Virus record (IMG/VR): IMGVR_UViG_3300011693_000001
Coordinates: 124,001 to 188,000 of that record
Direction: 5' to 3' (one strand)
Length of the DNA stretch: 64,000 bases
Source of the DNA: an uncultured virus (IMG/VR IMGVR_UViG_3300011693_000001)
Lineage: Duplodnaviria > Heunggongvirae > Uroviricota > Caudoviricetes
Shown here: positions 23,881 to 34,361 of the stretch, piece by piece
How positions within the stretch are numbered: position 1 is the stretch's first letter
Layout: each line of letters opens with the position of its first letter
Notes under the pieces: model-generated
Database searches by the model: none
Seen by the model: the letters and a program-made list of their open reading frames with translations, nothing else
What the model was told of the DNA's origin: nothing
Position numbers and translations under genes: made by a program

Positions 23881-24693
23881 ATGAACATTCGCACTCTACA
23901 ACAAGTAGTCAATCCGCTTAGTGAAAAGCACGGTATATCGATCCTGCACGTTGTAGAGTGTAGTTCACGGGCTTGGGGGTTTTCTACTCCCGAGTCCGAC
24001 CACGATATCTTTGTCATCTACGTGAAGATTCCGTGGATGGTAGATATCCAAAATGACCTTGAGACTTTCAACGAGAAAATCTGGTTGGAAGAGGAGCAGG
24101 TGGAAATCACAGTTCAAGGTATCGAGCTGCGTCGATTCTTCACCAAGCTCACTAGCAGTTCGTTCTCAGCCTATGAGATTCTTCATAGCCCTATGATTTA
24201 TGCAGCCAGTAAGCATCTGATTAACGATTGGATATTGCTGCAACGCAACTACGCAAACCCTGTACGTATGATCGACGCTTGCCGAGGTCTGGTAAAAAAG
24301 AATCTTTATATCAAAGAGCAAACGCCGAAACTAATGTTGCACGGATTACGCTTTGCTCTTATTGCAAATCAGTTGAGTGCTGGTAATCTGAATCCTGATT
24401 TGCGGTTGCCTGTCCTTTTGCAAGGATCACCGCTGGAAGATTTAACAGAAACCATCTTGATGGCCCGTACCAACAAAGATGCGTATGAGCCAATTCCAGC
24501 AGTCGTAGAATACAACAGGCTGGTTGCATCACAACCAACACCCAGCGGCGACGAAAAGCCTCAACAGCGGGACATTGAGTTCTTCCGCGCTGCGAATGAG
24601 ATTTATCAGAGACATATGGTCGGTCTGCTATCTCCATTCAGTGTCGGTTCCACTGCGTACTTGCCGATCTGGTCTACCTCTATTTTTGAATGA
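23881..24693 (+). CDS. DNA polymerase beta-superfamily nucleotidyltransferase (RlaP/Nuc-transf-like)
   Basis: ECSSRAWGFSTPESDHD resembles the family motif ESGSRAWGF.S.DSDYD; later E.L.SP.IY. Confidence 0.8.
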   Translation: MNIRTLQQVVNPLSEKHGISILHVVECSSRAWGFSTPESDHDIFVIYVKIPWMVDIQNDLETFNEKIWLEEEQVEITVQGIELRRFFTKLTSSSFSAYEILHSPMIYAASKHLINDWILLQRNYANPVRMIDACRGLVKKNLYIKEQTPKLMLHGLRFALIANQLSAGNLNPDLRLPVLLQGSPLEDLTETILMARTNKDAYEPIPAVVEYNRLVASQPTPSGDEKPQQRDIEFFRAANEIYQRHMVGLLSPFSVGSTAYLPIWSTSIFE

Positions 24694-27600
24694 GTTAAAG
24701 AAATGGATAAGAAAACGTTTGTACTGAATTCGATCAAGGTTGTGATCTTCACGGTGGATAACACTAATCGTACCGAGGATGATCTTACGGTCCCTGCTAC
24801 AGAAATGTATGTTCATCCTAATATGTTCGTACTACCTAGCGTCGGTTCGCGCATGAATTTTAAGAGAAAGTCTGTCAGCTTCGCTGGTTCGGTTACATCA
24901 GATACTGTGTTTGGTATCGTCGAAAGTGTGACGTACAACTACGAACTCGTAGAGCAGGAAATGGCAGGCAACAGTTTACATCAGACCGTAGAAATTGTTC
25001 TCGACCTTAATCCTGCACTACGGTAGACCCTGTATGATTACTGAATGGAAGTACGTTGTTATCCGCGAGGAGTTTCGCAACGGCACCGAGACACCTCTGT
25101 TACAGGAGCATCCTATTCTTTTTCCAAAAACTCTAACGCACGCTGATGTAGGTAGAGCTGTACTTTTCTCAGATGAGCTGATGGAAAAAGGTAACGAGCG
25201 GGATATTGTTGCTGCTGGTTTCTGTCGATTCGACCGCATGCAAGGTTGGTTGTGCTACGGTGAAAGTGAATCTCTGAAAAGCATTGGCTGCACTGGTTAC
25301 AAGTCACGCGACACCGATCCTGATTTGTTTGCAACACTCGGTCTGACTCACGGTCTGGTCGATAACTCTAACGATACTGCGGAGTAAATACTATGGGCTG
25401 CTACGACAATATCGGACACGACAAATTTCCGAAGCAAGGTTCTCACCTAGGTAAGAAAGCGGAAGTGTGTTTCCACTTCAATACCAACGAGCTTATTTCC
25501 GGTAAGGTAGTACGTGATGACATGGAATCACGTAAAGTAGGCGAGCATGAATCTCCCGGCCTCACTATCATTGCACTGGAAGATGGTCGCTACGTTCTAT
25601 CTACTGAGTGTCAGTATTCTATTGCTCGTGAAATCGACGATGGCGGTCCTTACAACGGACTGGCTAAGATCACTATCCCAATTAGGCATCGGCTGTACTA
25701 CAAAGTTGTTTATCCAACAATTAAGATGAACCTACTGCGCAGTGAGTGGGAAGCTATAATGGAGGAAGCGGAGTCTATCTACGATCCAGTAATAGCCGAT
25801 GTTCCGGGCGCTTCCTCTGTTGTACTAGGTCCGAAGTTGGTTGGTTATACAGGGGACGTGTTTAGAGGATTCTTGATATCGGAAGATTACTCTGAGCGTA
25901 AACTCTCCAGTATCCGATCCAAAATGATGCCAACGTTTATTGTCGAAAAAGATTTCGCTGACAATAAAGCAGTTATTGTTGCCATCCCGAACAAGCAAAC
26001 TAAGAAAGGGCAAGACCTTCTCAAGCGCATTGCGAAGATAGAATCTGAAAATCAAATTATTGGATCATTCGCCTCTTACGTTTTGGATCAGTTAGGTCTG
26101 ACCGATATCGAAGGGTTTAATCCGACTACAGGTAAAACCATAGGCGTTAGCTTAGCTGACGTTGCTGGGGACGTGTGGTTTGGTATTCCCAGCATCACCG
26201 ATAGCGATTGGGCACGCAAAGTGGCTGATCTTGTAGATAACGGAACGCTAGAGCGCATGCGTTACAGTGAGTTGGTTGCAGCTCAAGAAGACGAAGCGAT
26301 AGCCCACGGTAACTACAACGGTTCCGATACTGACTACTACGCGAAGAAGTAAGGACACTAGCATGCGTAAACTACGTGCAGGGCAAACGCTGTATGTTCT
26401 GGATAATAACGGTGCGCTGCAAAGCTATCGTGTTATAACAAGCTGCTACAACAGCAGTCGAGGGATCATCGTAAACTGTTATCGGACGACAGCGCTAGAA
26501 CTTAGACAGGAAGAGCTTGAGATAAACGAGTTTGGTTTTGTGGAATACACCCCACCGAACGAAGCTAGGCTGCGTATGTTCAACGGCATAGAACCGATTA
26601 ACGTAAAGTGGTGTCGCGTGTATCACTCTCGCCGGAAAGCGGAACGTAAAGTTAAGGCAGACCGCGCTTCCGTTATTTTGCCAATTGAGCGACTTCCTGA
26701 ACTACGTACTATGCTTCGCGCTCTTGGGCGTACGCATGGTCTTATCCCATTCTATAAACAAGATGAGGACACTCGTAGGATGGAGAAGCTGCTCGATTGC
26801 ATGTCGGCCTCCTCAGAAAAAAGACGTCACCACCTTCAACATTCGCTTTATATGACAGCGGATGGTAAGGTTCACCAAGCAGCAGTTAATTAAACAGGAA
26901 ATACAACATGGAAGAGATTCTGCTACTCCTCGGTAATCCGAAAAACACGCTGGCTGAAATCGCGCGTCCGTTGGAAGAATGCGTTAAGCTGACAACGCTG
27001 GCCGCTTACCTGAAGCAAAACAAGCCTGATTACATTCACGATCTGGATCGGGATAAGCAAGCCATCGAAGGCTCGATACTTACTTTCACAGCCGATAAAA
27101 CGGTGGAAGTAGTCGTGATGGACACTTTCGCCAACATGGCAGAGTTTGAGGATATCTGCCGATCTGATAGTGGTTCGCTGTTCGATTATCGGATGATTCA
27201 CAATACAATCACTGCGGTCAAGATCGGTGATGAACTCTATCTCTGTGAAATTCTTCGCTGTATGCAAACAGTAGAAGAGGCGAAAGCTTTGCAGTTTCCA
27301 GAGAAATGGGAAACCACCATCGGCAGTTTTTCAGTAAGAGACGGTCAGCCTGATTTTGAGTTGAAGTGGTTGCAGCACGGCACACTTAGCCAATTGGACG
27401 TTCACAAGCTAGAGGACTTCGGTAATTACCTAGCTCTCGGTGATGTGGATTACATACTCGGTGACGTTAGCTCCATTACTGGTGATACAGAATTCACGGT
27501 CTACCGCCGTGTGTCGAAAGAACCAACATCGATCAAGGTGTGCCAATGACCACCAAAATAAATTTACTACCGGCTCATATTCACTTCCTATCCTTAGATA

Positions 27601-29277
27601 ATGGCGCTGGTTACGTAACGGATATACCTCTGCGCGAACAAGACTACCCTGAGTTAACCGACGTTGACGGTAATGTTTTACAATCGAACGCGAAGTTCAG
27701 TTACGTGTTAAACAACCGCGCATCTTTGATTCCTCTTCATGCCACAGCTGCTGGTGAAGGTATCGAGTTTGTTGAAGTAAGCCCTGACGATAAGCGAGAA
27801 TGTACCGATCTGATTCTGAAGTTTGAGAAAGGTCTGGAGCAGGAAGACGATGTACCAGAAACGATCTTTCTGAAAAAGATCGTGCGTAAGCTCAACAATG
27901 TAGAAGGCATTCACTACAAGTTCTGCTTCCTCTACGATGGCAATTCATGGTTGCCTAATCGCGGTCTGCTTCGAATGATCTTGCTGCGCATTTATCGGAA
28001 CATCGATTTCGAATGTGTTGAGCATAGTGAAATGCTAGCAGGTGCGCCGTTGGGTATGTACTTCTGTGATATCTGCGGTGCGATGCAGGTGCCCGGCATG
28101 ATGCACTTGGACGATCCTGTGTAATAGGAAATCTGTAAAAACTAGCAGAGAGGATCGGATATGAAGCAAATTCTGGTAGTGACAGATCGTAACGGAGTAG
28201 CTGTTCCTCCTGAGCTGCTGAGAACTCTGCAAGATAAGCTTAGTGCTGAATATGAAATCATCACGGTTGATCGTGAGTCTCAGCAATTGCAAACTTACCT
28301 AGAAGGTTTTGATCATCCGATATTGCTGCTGGATGAGAAACAGATGGAACATACGTCAGAGGATGAACGGTTTAACAGTCCTCTCGTGAAACAGATATTT
28401 GCAATGAGTGTGGATTCATTACCGATTCAAAATCTCCCCGTCGAGCGGGAGGGCATCAAGGCGCTCTCTAAAAACCAAGATAAGTGGCCGGGACAATCGT
28501 ACAGGTCACGACGAGGTAAGCATAGGTAATGGACATTCAAGTCTATCAGCCGGACGGTAAACTGTTATTTGGTGCTTTAGAAATACCGGATACATTCAGA
28601 GTACCGGAACCGGGTCAGACGTGGGAATGGGAAAGCCGTGAATGGGCAAACGATTTAACCACCTCACGGATTCTAAGTGGGTTCGTTGAGAAGGTTAGTT
28701 TGAAATCCAGTTTCTGCTCTTCTACGAAGAAACTAGATCAGGAGTACAAAATTTATCTATCTGCTGTTTATCGCCATGTTGTGTGCGTTACTTCATCCGC
28801 TAGACTCTATACGGTCACTGCTAGGGTAGCAACATGAACACTACGGAGATTATCTGGAACGGGACTATCTATGACTTCAAGGCTATCGTAAGCCGGGTGC
28901 AAGCGCTGTCGAAAATCTATATCAAGACAGTGGAGCGTCTACCTTTACCCGGCTTCGAACCTTGTATCGATCCTTTAACCGAGTTACGAACATCGGCCCG
29001 CCGAGTTGTTTACGGCTCCGCGAAACTGCAAGAGCAGCTGGTAGAAGTTATCACTAGCTTGTCCGCTGATGGTAAGCGTGTTGACGTTGAAGATACCGCG
29101 TTGTTTGTTATCGATGCTTTCAGCAACACCGATATCATGGATCGTGCCCGTTTAGTGCGTCGAGCCGATGGTACACTGCGCTTGACGCTACTGCGAACAC
29201 TGTGTCCAAAAGATCAACGCGCTTGTGTGCATATTCCGATGGGGAAGAAGACCAAGGCCAGTTAAGAGGATTATCCA

Positions 29278-29865
29278 ATGAGTAAGTTTTCACCATACGA
29301 AGTTTCGCGTGGAGGCGACGATAGAATTTGTTACGAGCGTTCTGTCTTCCCGATGGGCACTTACACTACTGGTTGGTTCTTTGAAGCTGTCACGTTTAAA
29401 TACGGCATTCTGCCTATGGTGTTTAGCGGTTGCGACTTTGAACGTGTAGTGTTTGATCGAGTTGATATGCGTCACGTAGTTTTCATAGGTTGTGTATTCG
29501 GCAACTGTCAGTTCAAACGCTGTGACTTATCCTATGCGACCTTTGTGGACTGTCGTGGACATAATCTTAGCTTCCGCCGTTGTAACGCTGACTCTCTTCT
29601 GATGATGCACCTGATGTTAGACGGCATAAATTTGGTAGACTGTGTACTGCCTAATTTCAGGTTAACTGTAAATACTGAGTACCTAGCTCCTATCCGATTA
29701 GCCAACTGCAATCTGGAGGGAGCGCATATCGAGAACATCGGGCACATGGATTACCTAAGCCCCTTCGGTGCTCCGGTACTTGGGACACGTGATCGAGCAT
29801 CTGTAAAGATGAATCGTTGCACAGGCTCCTATAAGTTAGCAGGGTTCAAACATGCCTATCAGTAG
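29278..29865 (+). CDS. Pentapeptide-repeat protein
   Basis: 5-residue periodicity: VFSGC DFERV VFDRV DMRHV VFIGC VFGNC QFKRC DLSYA TFVDC. Confidence 0.85.
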   Translation: MSKFSPYEVSRGGDDRICYERSVFPMGTYTTGWFFEAVTFKYGILPMVFSGCDFERVVFDRVDMRHVVFIGCVFGNCQFKRCDLSYATFVDCRGHNLSFRRCNADSLLMMHLMLDGINLVDCVLPNFRLTVNTEYLAPIRLANCNLEGAHIENIGHMDYLSPFGAPVLGTRDRASVKMNRCTGSYKLAGFKHAYQ

Positions 29866-30225
29866 CGGACTTCAAGAACGTATTCTTGAATCCTATAACA
29901 GCGAAGAATTAGCGAGACATTTGAAGCACGGATGCTTCGAAGCTCTCTACATATTAGAGAAATTGGTTGTCATGGAGTTCAACCCAAACCTCATCATGCA
30001 GCTTTGTGATGATGGTGACGTGAAAAGAATTCGAGAAGTTTGTGCTCAACACCTTGAAGGTAAAGCACTAGCTTACGAGTTGTACCGCGAGCTAACTAGC
30101 GTACGACTCAACTAAGATTCAACACGAGCCTGCTTGTATCGTGTGAATACGTGCAACGTCACGTTAGTGAATACTGTAAACAGGTAACGGTATCACAACC
30201 ACCACTTAAATCTAGGAGTTACAAA

Positions 30226-30711
30226 ATGGCTAACGTAGAAACCAAAACCAACCTGACCGCTTCCGCTAAGCAAATCGCCAAGTCGGCTGCCGCTATCCTG
30301 AACGCTGAAATCAAGAAGCTGGGTCTGGCGAAGAAAGACGCTGACGCTCTGAGCAAGAAAGTTTCCGCAGTCGTCAAGCAATCCGAAGTTGTGGTTGCTG
30401 CTGTCAAGAAACTGGAAACCGCTCTGAAGGAAGCTGACACCAGCGTTACCAAAGCTGGCAAAGAAAAAGCTGCCGCCGACAAGAAAGCAGCGAAGGCTAG
30501 CAAAACTCCGACCGCAGTGAAAGGCGAGGCTGCAACCAAAGCTGCTACTACCAAGGCCAAAGCTGCTGCCACTAAAGCTAAAGCTCCGGCTAAGAAAGAA
30601 GCTGCTCCGGCTAAGAAAGAAGCTGCTCCGGCGGTCAAAGCTCCTGCAAAAGCACGCAAAGCTCCGGCCAAGAAAGAAGCTGCTCCGGCTGCCGACGCTG
30701 CTAAGAAGTAA
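30226..30711 (+). CDS. Histone H1-like Lys/Ala/Pro-rich DNA-binding protein
   Basis: AGGAG RBS; C-terminal repeats APAKKEA(A) x3 and AATKA; strongly biased codon usage. Confidence 0.8.
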   Translation: MANVETKTNLTASAKQIAKSAAAILNAEIKKLGLAKKDADALSKKVSAVVKQSEVVVAAVKKLETALKEADTSVTKAGKEKAAADKKAAKASKTPTAVKGEAATKAATTKAKAAATKAKAPAKKEAAPAKKEAAPAVKAPAKARKAPAKKEAAPAADAAKK

Positions 30712-30773
30712 CATCGGCTGACACAGCCGGGAACTAAACACTCCCGGCTTACCAACACTTAAGGATCACACAG

Positions 30774-31028
30774 ATGGACCGCAGCAGTATCCAAGAAAAA
30801 GTTTATCCAATCATTCGTCAATATCTCAATATGACGGAAGATGCTGATATCACCGAAGAAATGAAGTTCTTAGATGACCTCGGTGCCGATTCCCTTGACC
30901 TGATTGAAATCGTCATGGATATCGAAAACGAGTTCGAAGTAGAAATACCAGATTCCGTGTTCGATACAGAGTCTACCTCTATGACCGTCGGCAAACTTAT
31001 CTCGGTCGTTGAGCAGCAAATTGGCTGA
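30774..31028 (+). CDS. acpP: Acyl carrier protein
   Basis: FLDDLGADSLDLIEIVMDIENEFEVEIPD with the phosphopantetheine Ser (DSL); acidic, 84 aa. Confidence 0.92.
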   Translation: MDRSSIQEKVYPIIRQYLNMTEDADITEEMKFLDDLGADSLDLIEIVMDIENEFEVEIPDSVFDTESTSMTVGKLISVVEQQIG

Positions 31029-31120
31029 AATTCAGCAACAGCAAGGCAAACTGGAATAACTAGTTTGCCTTTGCCCATTTCTACCGGGCAATATTTCTCT
31101 ATCTACCGTGAAGTGAAGTC

Positions 31121-31600
31121 ATGGACCTGATCGCAATTGCAGCACGTTCTGCTAACAACGTTATTGGCAAGGGTAATAAACTACCGTGGCCGCATAACCA
31201 ACAAGACCTACGTTGGTTTATGCAGATTACGAAAGGTCGCCCGATCATTATGGGTATTAACACCTTTGAGTCTTTGCCGAAATTGCTACCGGGTCGAAAA
31301 CATATTGTCGTCACACGGCAGGTGAAAGTCTCTGAAAATCCGATGGTGCAGTTTGTTAACCCTCAATTGCTTGATACAACTATAAGTCGATTAGAAGAAG
31401 ACGGTAATACGCGACAAGCTTTTGTTATCGGCGGCGCTCATCTATTCTCAAACCTGCTACCTAGATGCAATGCAATCTATCTGCGTACCTTTCACGCAGA
31501 GTACGAAGGCGATGTGAAGTTCCCCGACTACCATCTACAGGCTCGCAGATTGATTGCTACCGAGCAGTGGGATGATTCTATAACTCAGATATACGTGTGA
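31121..31600 (+). CDS. folA: Dihydrofolate reductase
   Basis: NVIGKGNKLPW, DLRWF..T, IIMG..TFESL..LPGRKHIV, FVIGGA, EGDVKFP. Confidence 0.95.
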   Translation: MDLIAIAARSANNVIGKGNKLPWPHNQQDLRWFMQITKGRPIIMGINTFESLPKLLPGRKHIVVTRQVKVSENPMVQFVNPQLLDTTISRLEEDGNTRQAFVIGGAHLFSNLLPRCNAIYLRTFHAEYEGDVKFPDYHLQARRLIATEQWDDSITQIYV

Positions 31601-31924
31601 GCATAAAATGACTAATGTTATTAGCAAGCCTGACCTCACTCGGATGCCGGAGTGGCCCGATGTAGAAGAGTTTAATCGTATTCTGAATCAAGCGCGTCTT
31701 ATCGAATTCGTTATGCATTGTAATCGAATTCCGGTAGATAGCTATCTACCTCCTGCGCCTCCTGTTGTGAACTTCGAATCAACAGATGACCTTTCGTTCG
31801 AAGCGAAGCGGTTACACAAAAGCATCTGCAATATGCTAAATGACAATCGAGCAACGAAGCGGGAAATAGCTTGGATGAACAAACAACCAGCCCTGCTCTG
31901 CTTAGCTCAAGTGAATCGCACATT

Positions 31925-32725
31925 ATGAACAAACAATTGATTGTCTTTCTTGACCTTGACGGTGTTTTCAAAACAAGCCGCAGTGCGCTAGCTGGTTTGC
32001 CTTATGATCCTGTAGCTTCTACGCTGATCGACAAACTCTGTGCTACACCGAACACGCTGGCTGTTATTTCTGCCACTTGTCGTGCTCATCACGATACGCG
32101 AGAAGAAGCACAACAATGGTGGCGCTCTCTCGGTATGCCTAATCTTGTTCTACATGAAGATTGGCGAACAGCTGATTTCCACGGCCATCGTGTGCTTGAG
32201 ATTCAAGATTGGTTTTTGCGTAACCCGGTTAAACCAGATCAGGAATTCTTGTTCGTCGATGATGAAATGCCGATCTTCACGCAAGGGCTTAACCATGATC
32301 TTCACGAACTGTTCCGTGTAAACTGGTTGCTGATTGGTGGGCATCACAACGGTATGTCTTATCTTCAATGTCGAGCTTTGCGGGGTTTGATAAATGAGCG
32401 CAAGAGCCTTAACCAAGAGACAGAGGATACAGAAGAAGAGGGAGCAGCAACAGGAATTAGCCAGACAGGCCAAGCTGAAAAAGCAGTTGGAGAAAATCTC
32501 TGCTCGGAAGTTTCACTCACCGGAAGTGGTGGAACAGAACTGTGCTCGATTGTACCACCCGAAGAACGGAGCGATTCCGAAGAAAGTAGCCGCCTACGCA
32601 TTCCTCTCGAAAAGTTCAAATTCAAAACAAATCCCAAATCAATCGGCGCGCTCGTTACCTACCAGACAGACGATGGAAGGATCGTCTCGGCACGGGAAAT
32701 CAAGGAACGGAGTATCCGTAGCTGA
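31925..32725 (+). CDS. HAD-superfamily protein (Swiss-army-knife RNA-repair HAD-like) with overprinted C-terminal extension
   Basis: VFLDLDGV, VISAT.R, R..EI..W, FVDD motifs. Confidence 0.75.
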   Translation: MNKQLIVFLDLDGVFKTSRSALAGLPYDPVASTLIDKLCATPNTLAVISATCRAHHDTREEAQQWWRSLGMPNLVLHEDWRTADFHGHRVLEIQDWFLRNPVKPDQEFLFVDDEMPIFTQGLNHDLHELFRVNWLLIGGHHNGMSYLQCRALRGLINERKSLNQETEDTEEEGAATGISQTGQAEKAVGENLCSEVSLTGSGGTELCSIVPPEERSDSEESSRLRIPLEKFKFKTNPKSIGALVTYQTDDGRIVSAREIKERSIRS

Positions 32726-32954
32726 ACTGTATTGCTATCCGCAATCAAGCCATCAGCAATATCCAAGTGCAAAGATGACTCCGATGCGTCAGGTTATTCC
32801 AAAGAAACTTGATGCGAAAATGCAGGCACGTGAGGATGCTGCACAGGAAGAGATTGCACGAAAGAAGAAACGTGTTGCGCCCCTTTTTAACAAGGGCGGT
32901 CTGCAATACATAAGCGATGAAATGGATTTAACTACCTTGGGGAGAAAGGTATGA
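32394..32954 (+). CDS. Basic hypothetical phage protein
   Basis: Coherent basic ORF ending KRVAPLFNKGGLQYI; its stop overlaps the next ATG. Confidence 0.6.
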   Translation: MSARALTKRQRIQKKREQQQELARQAKLKKQLEKISARKFHSPEVVEQNCARLYHPKNGAIPKKVAAYAFLSKSSNSKQIPNQSARSLPTRQTMEGSSRHGKSRNGVSVAELYCYPQSSHQQYPSAKMTPMRQVIPKKLDAKMQAREDAAQEEIARKKKRVAPLFNKGGLQYISDEMDLTTLGRKV

Positions 32955-33665
32955 ACCTCGAAGAAGCAAACCAGATAGCCGAGGATGTGGACCGTACTCT
33001 TAACATACTCAATCGTAAACTGAGAGCACTTAATCCAGCAGGAAACTACGGTACAGTACGATCTAGGGAGTTCAGTTCGTTAATCGAAGTACGCAAACAC
33101 TTAGAAATGCGCCGCGCTGAAATCAATAGCGCACGCGCTGAAATTGAACGTTTAGAAAGTGACGATCCTGAGAGTGCTCAGATACAATCACTGTTGCGTG
33201 AAATATATCCTAGCAAACCTATTGGCGTTATGGATATCATGGCAGCTTCCGAAAGACGCCGAGAGCAACATGCTCAGATAGCCCAAGCGATTGCTGCTCC
33301 TTGTAAGATCGAATCTATCAAGGAACTAGCTGATCACCTTGATCTGTTATATATAGACTTGCGCAAAAGTCAAGGCGTCGCCTCTGTTCCGCTAGGGCAA
33401 CGCGGAGCAATGACTGAAAGGCAGTTGCTATCCTACTGCCAAACAAAGTACAAGGAATGCATGGAAGTTAGTGAACGCATTCGCGACTTCCGTAATAAGA
33501 ATCAAATCATACAAAATATTTTCAATTCAGCAGAAGCTTTGCGAAAAGAACTGTTGAGTTAAAGACTATGCATCGGTTCACACACGAAGAGCTTATCACG
33601 ATCCTGTTCAAGCTAGGCTACCAGATCGAACTGAACATAATAGAGCCAGAAGTTAAGGAAGCATA

Positions 33666-34361
33666 ATGACAATCAAGAGTGATCGTTGGTTCAAGAGCAA
33701 GTGCATTCATCCAACGCGCCAGATGCAGTTTCAAACACACGGTAACTATGGTGACGATAAAGATATCGGTTCCGTGTATGAGCCTATGGTTTCCTCCCGC
33801 AAGCAGCGTGAATGGAAGCCGATGATCGAACCATACTTCCCACATGCGGTTCGCCGTATCGTTGATCCAGAAATCGATCTGGCAGAGACTGTTATCAGTT
33901 ACGGTCAATCGAGCTACGGTTACGATGTGCGTTGCGGCGAAGAATTCAAAATCTTTACCAACGTGAACAGTAGCGAAGTCGATCCGAAGAACTTCGATGA
34001 CGATTGCTACGTAACGAAGTTTGCTAAGAACGGCTATATCACTATCCCGCCGAATGGATTCGCACTTGCTCATACTGTTGAGTATTTCCGTATCCCGCGC
34101 AATGTGCTTGTTGTCTGTCTTGGTAAATCCACATACGCCCGTTGTGGCATCATCGTCAACGTAACACCGCTGGAACCAGAATGGGAAGGTAATGTGGTTC
34201 TGGAATTCTCCAACACCACGAATCTTCCGGCGCGTATTTATGCCAATGAAGGTTGCGCTCAATTCCTGTTCTTCGAATCTGATGAAGACTGCGAGGTTAG
34301 TTACAAAGATCGCGGCGGTAAGTACCAAGGCCAGACTGGTGTAACGTTACCGAGGATGTAA
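33666..34361 (+). CDS. dcd: dCTP deaminase
   Basis: [76 protein letters not shown]. Confidence 0.97.
   Translation: MTIKSDRWFKSKCIHPTRQMQFQTHGNYGDDKDIGSVYEPMVSSRKQREWKPMIEPYFPHAVRRIVDPEIDLAETVISYGQSSYGYDVRCGEEFKIFTNVNSSEVDPKNFDDDCYVTKFAKNGYITIPPNGFALAHTVEYFRIPRNVLVVCLGKSTYARCGIIVNVTPLEPEWEGNVVLEFSNTTNLPARIYANEGCAQFLFFESDEDCEVSYKDRGGKYQGQTGVTLPRM

Noticed and set aside
30193..30758. Long minus-strand ORFs opposite the H1-like gene (also opposite dcd, nrdA and GH5)
   Set aside because: Antisense shadows caused by codon bias and low complexity; no RBS or recognisable protein features
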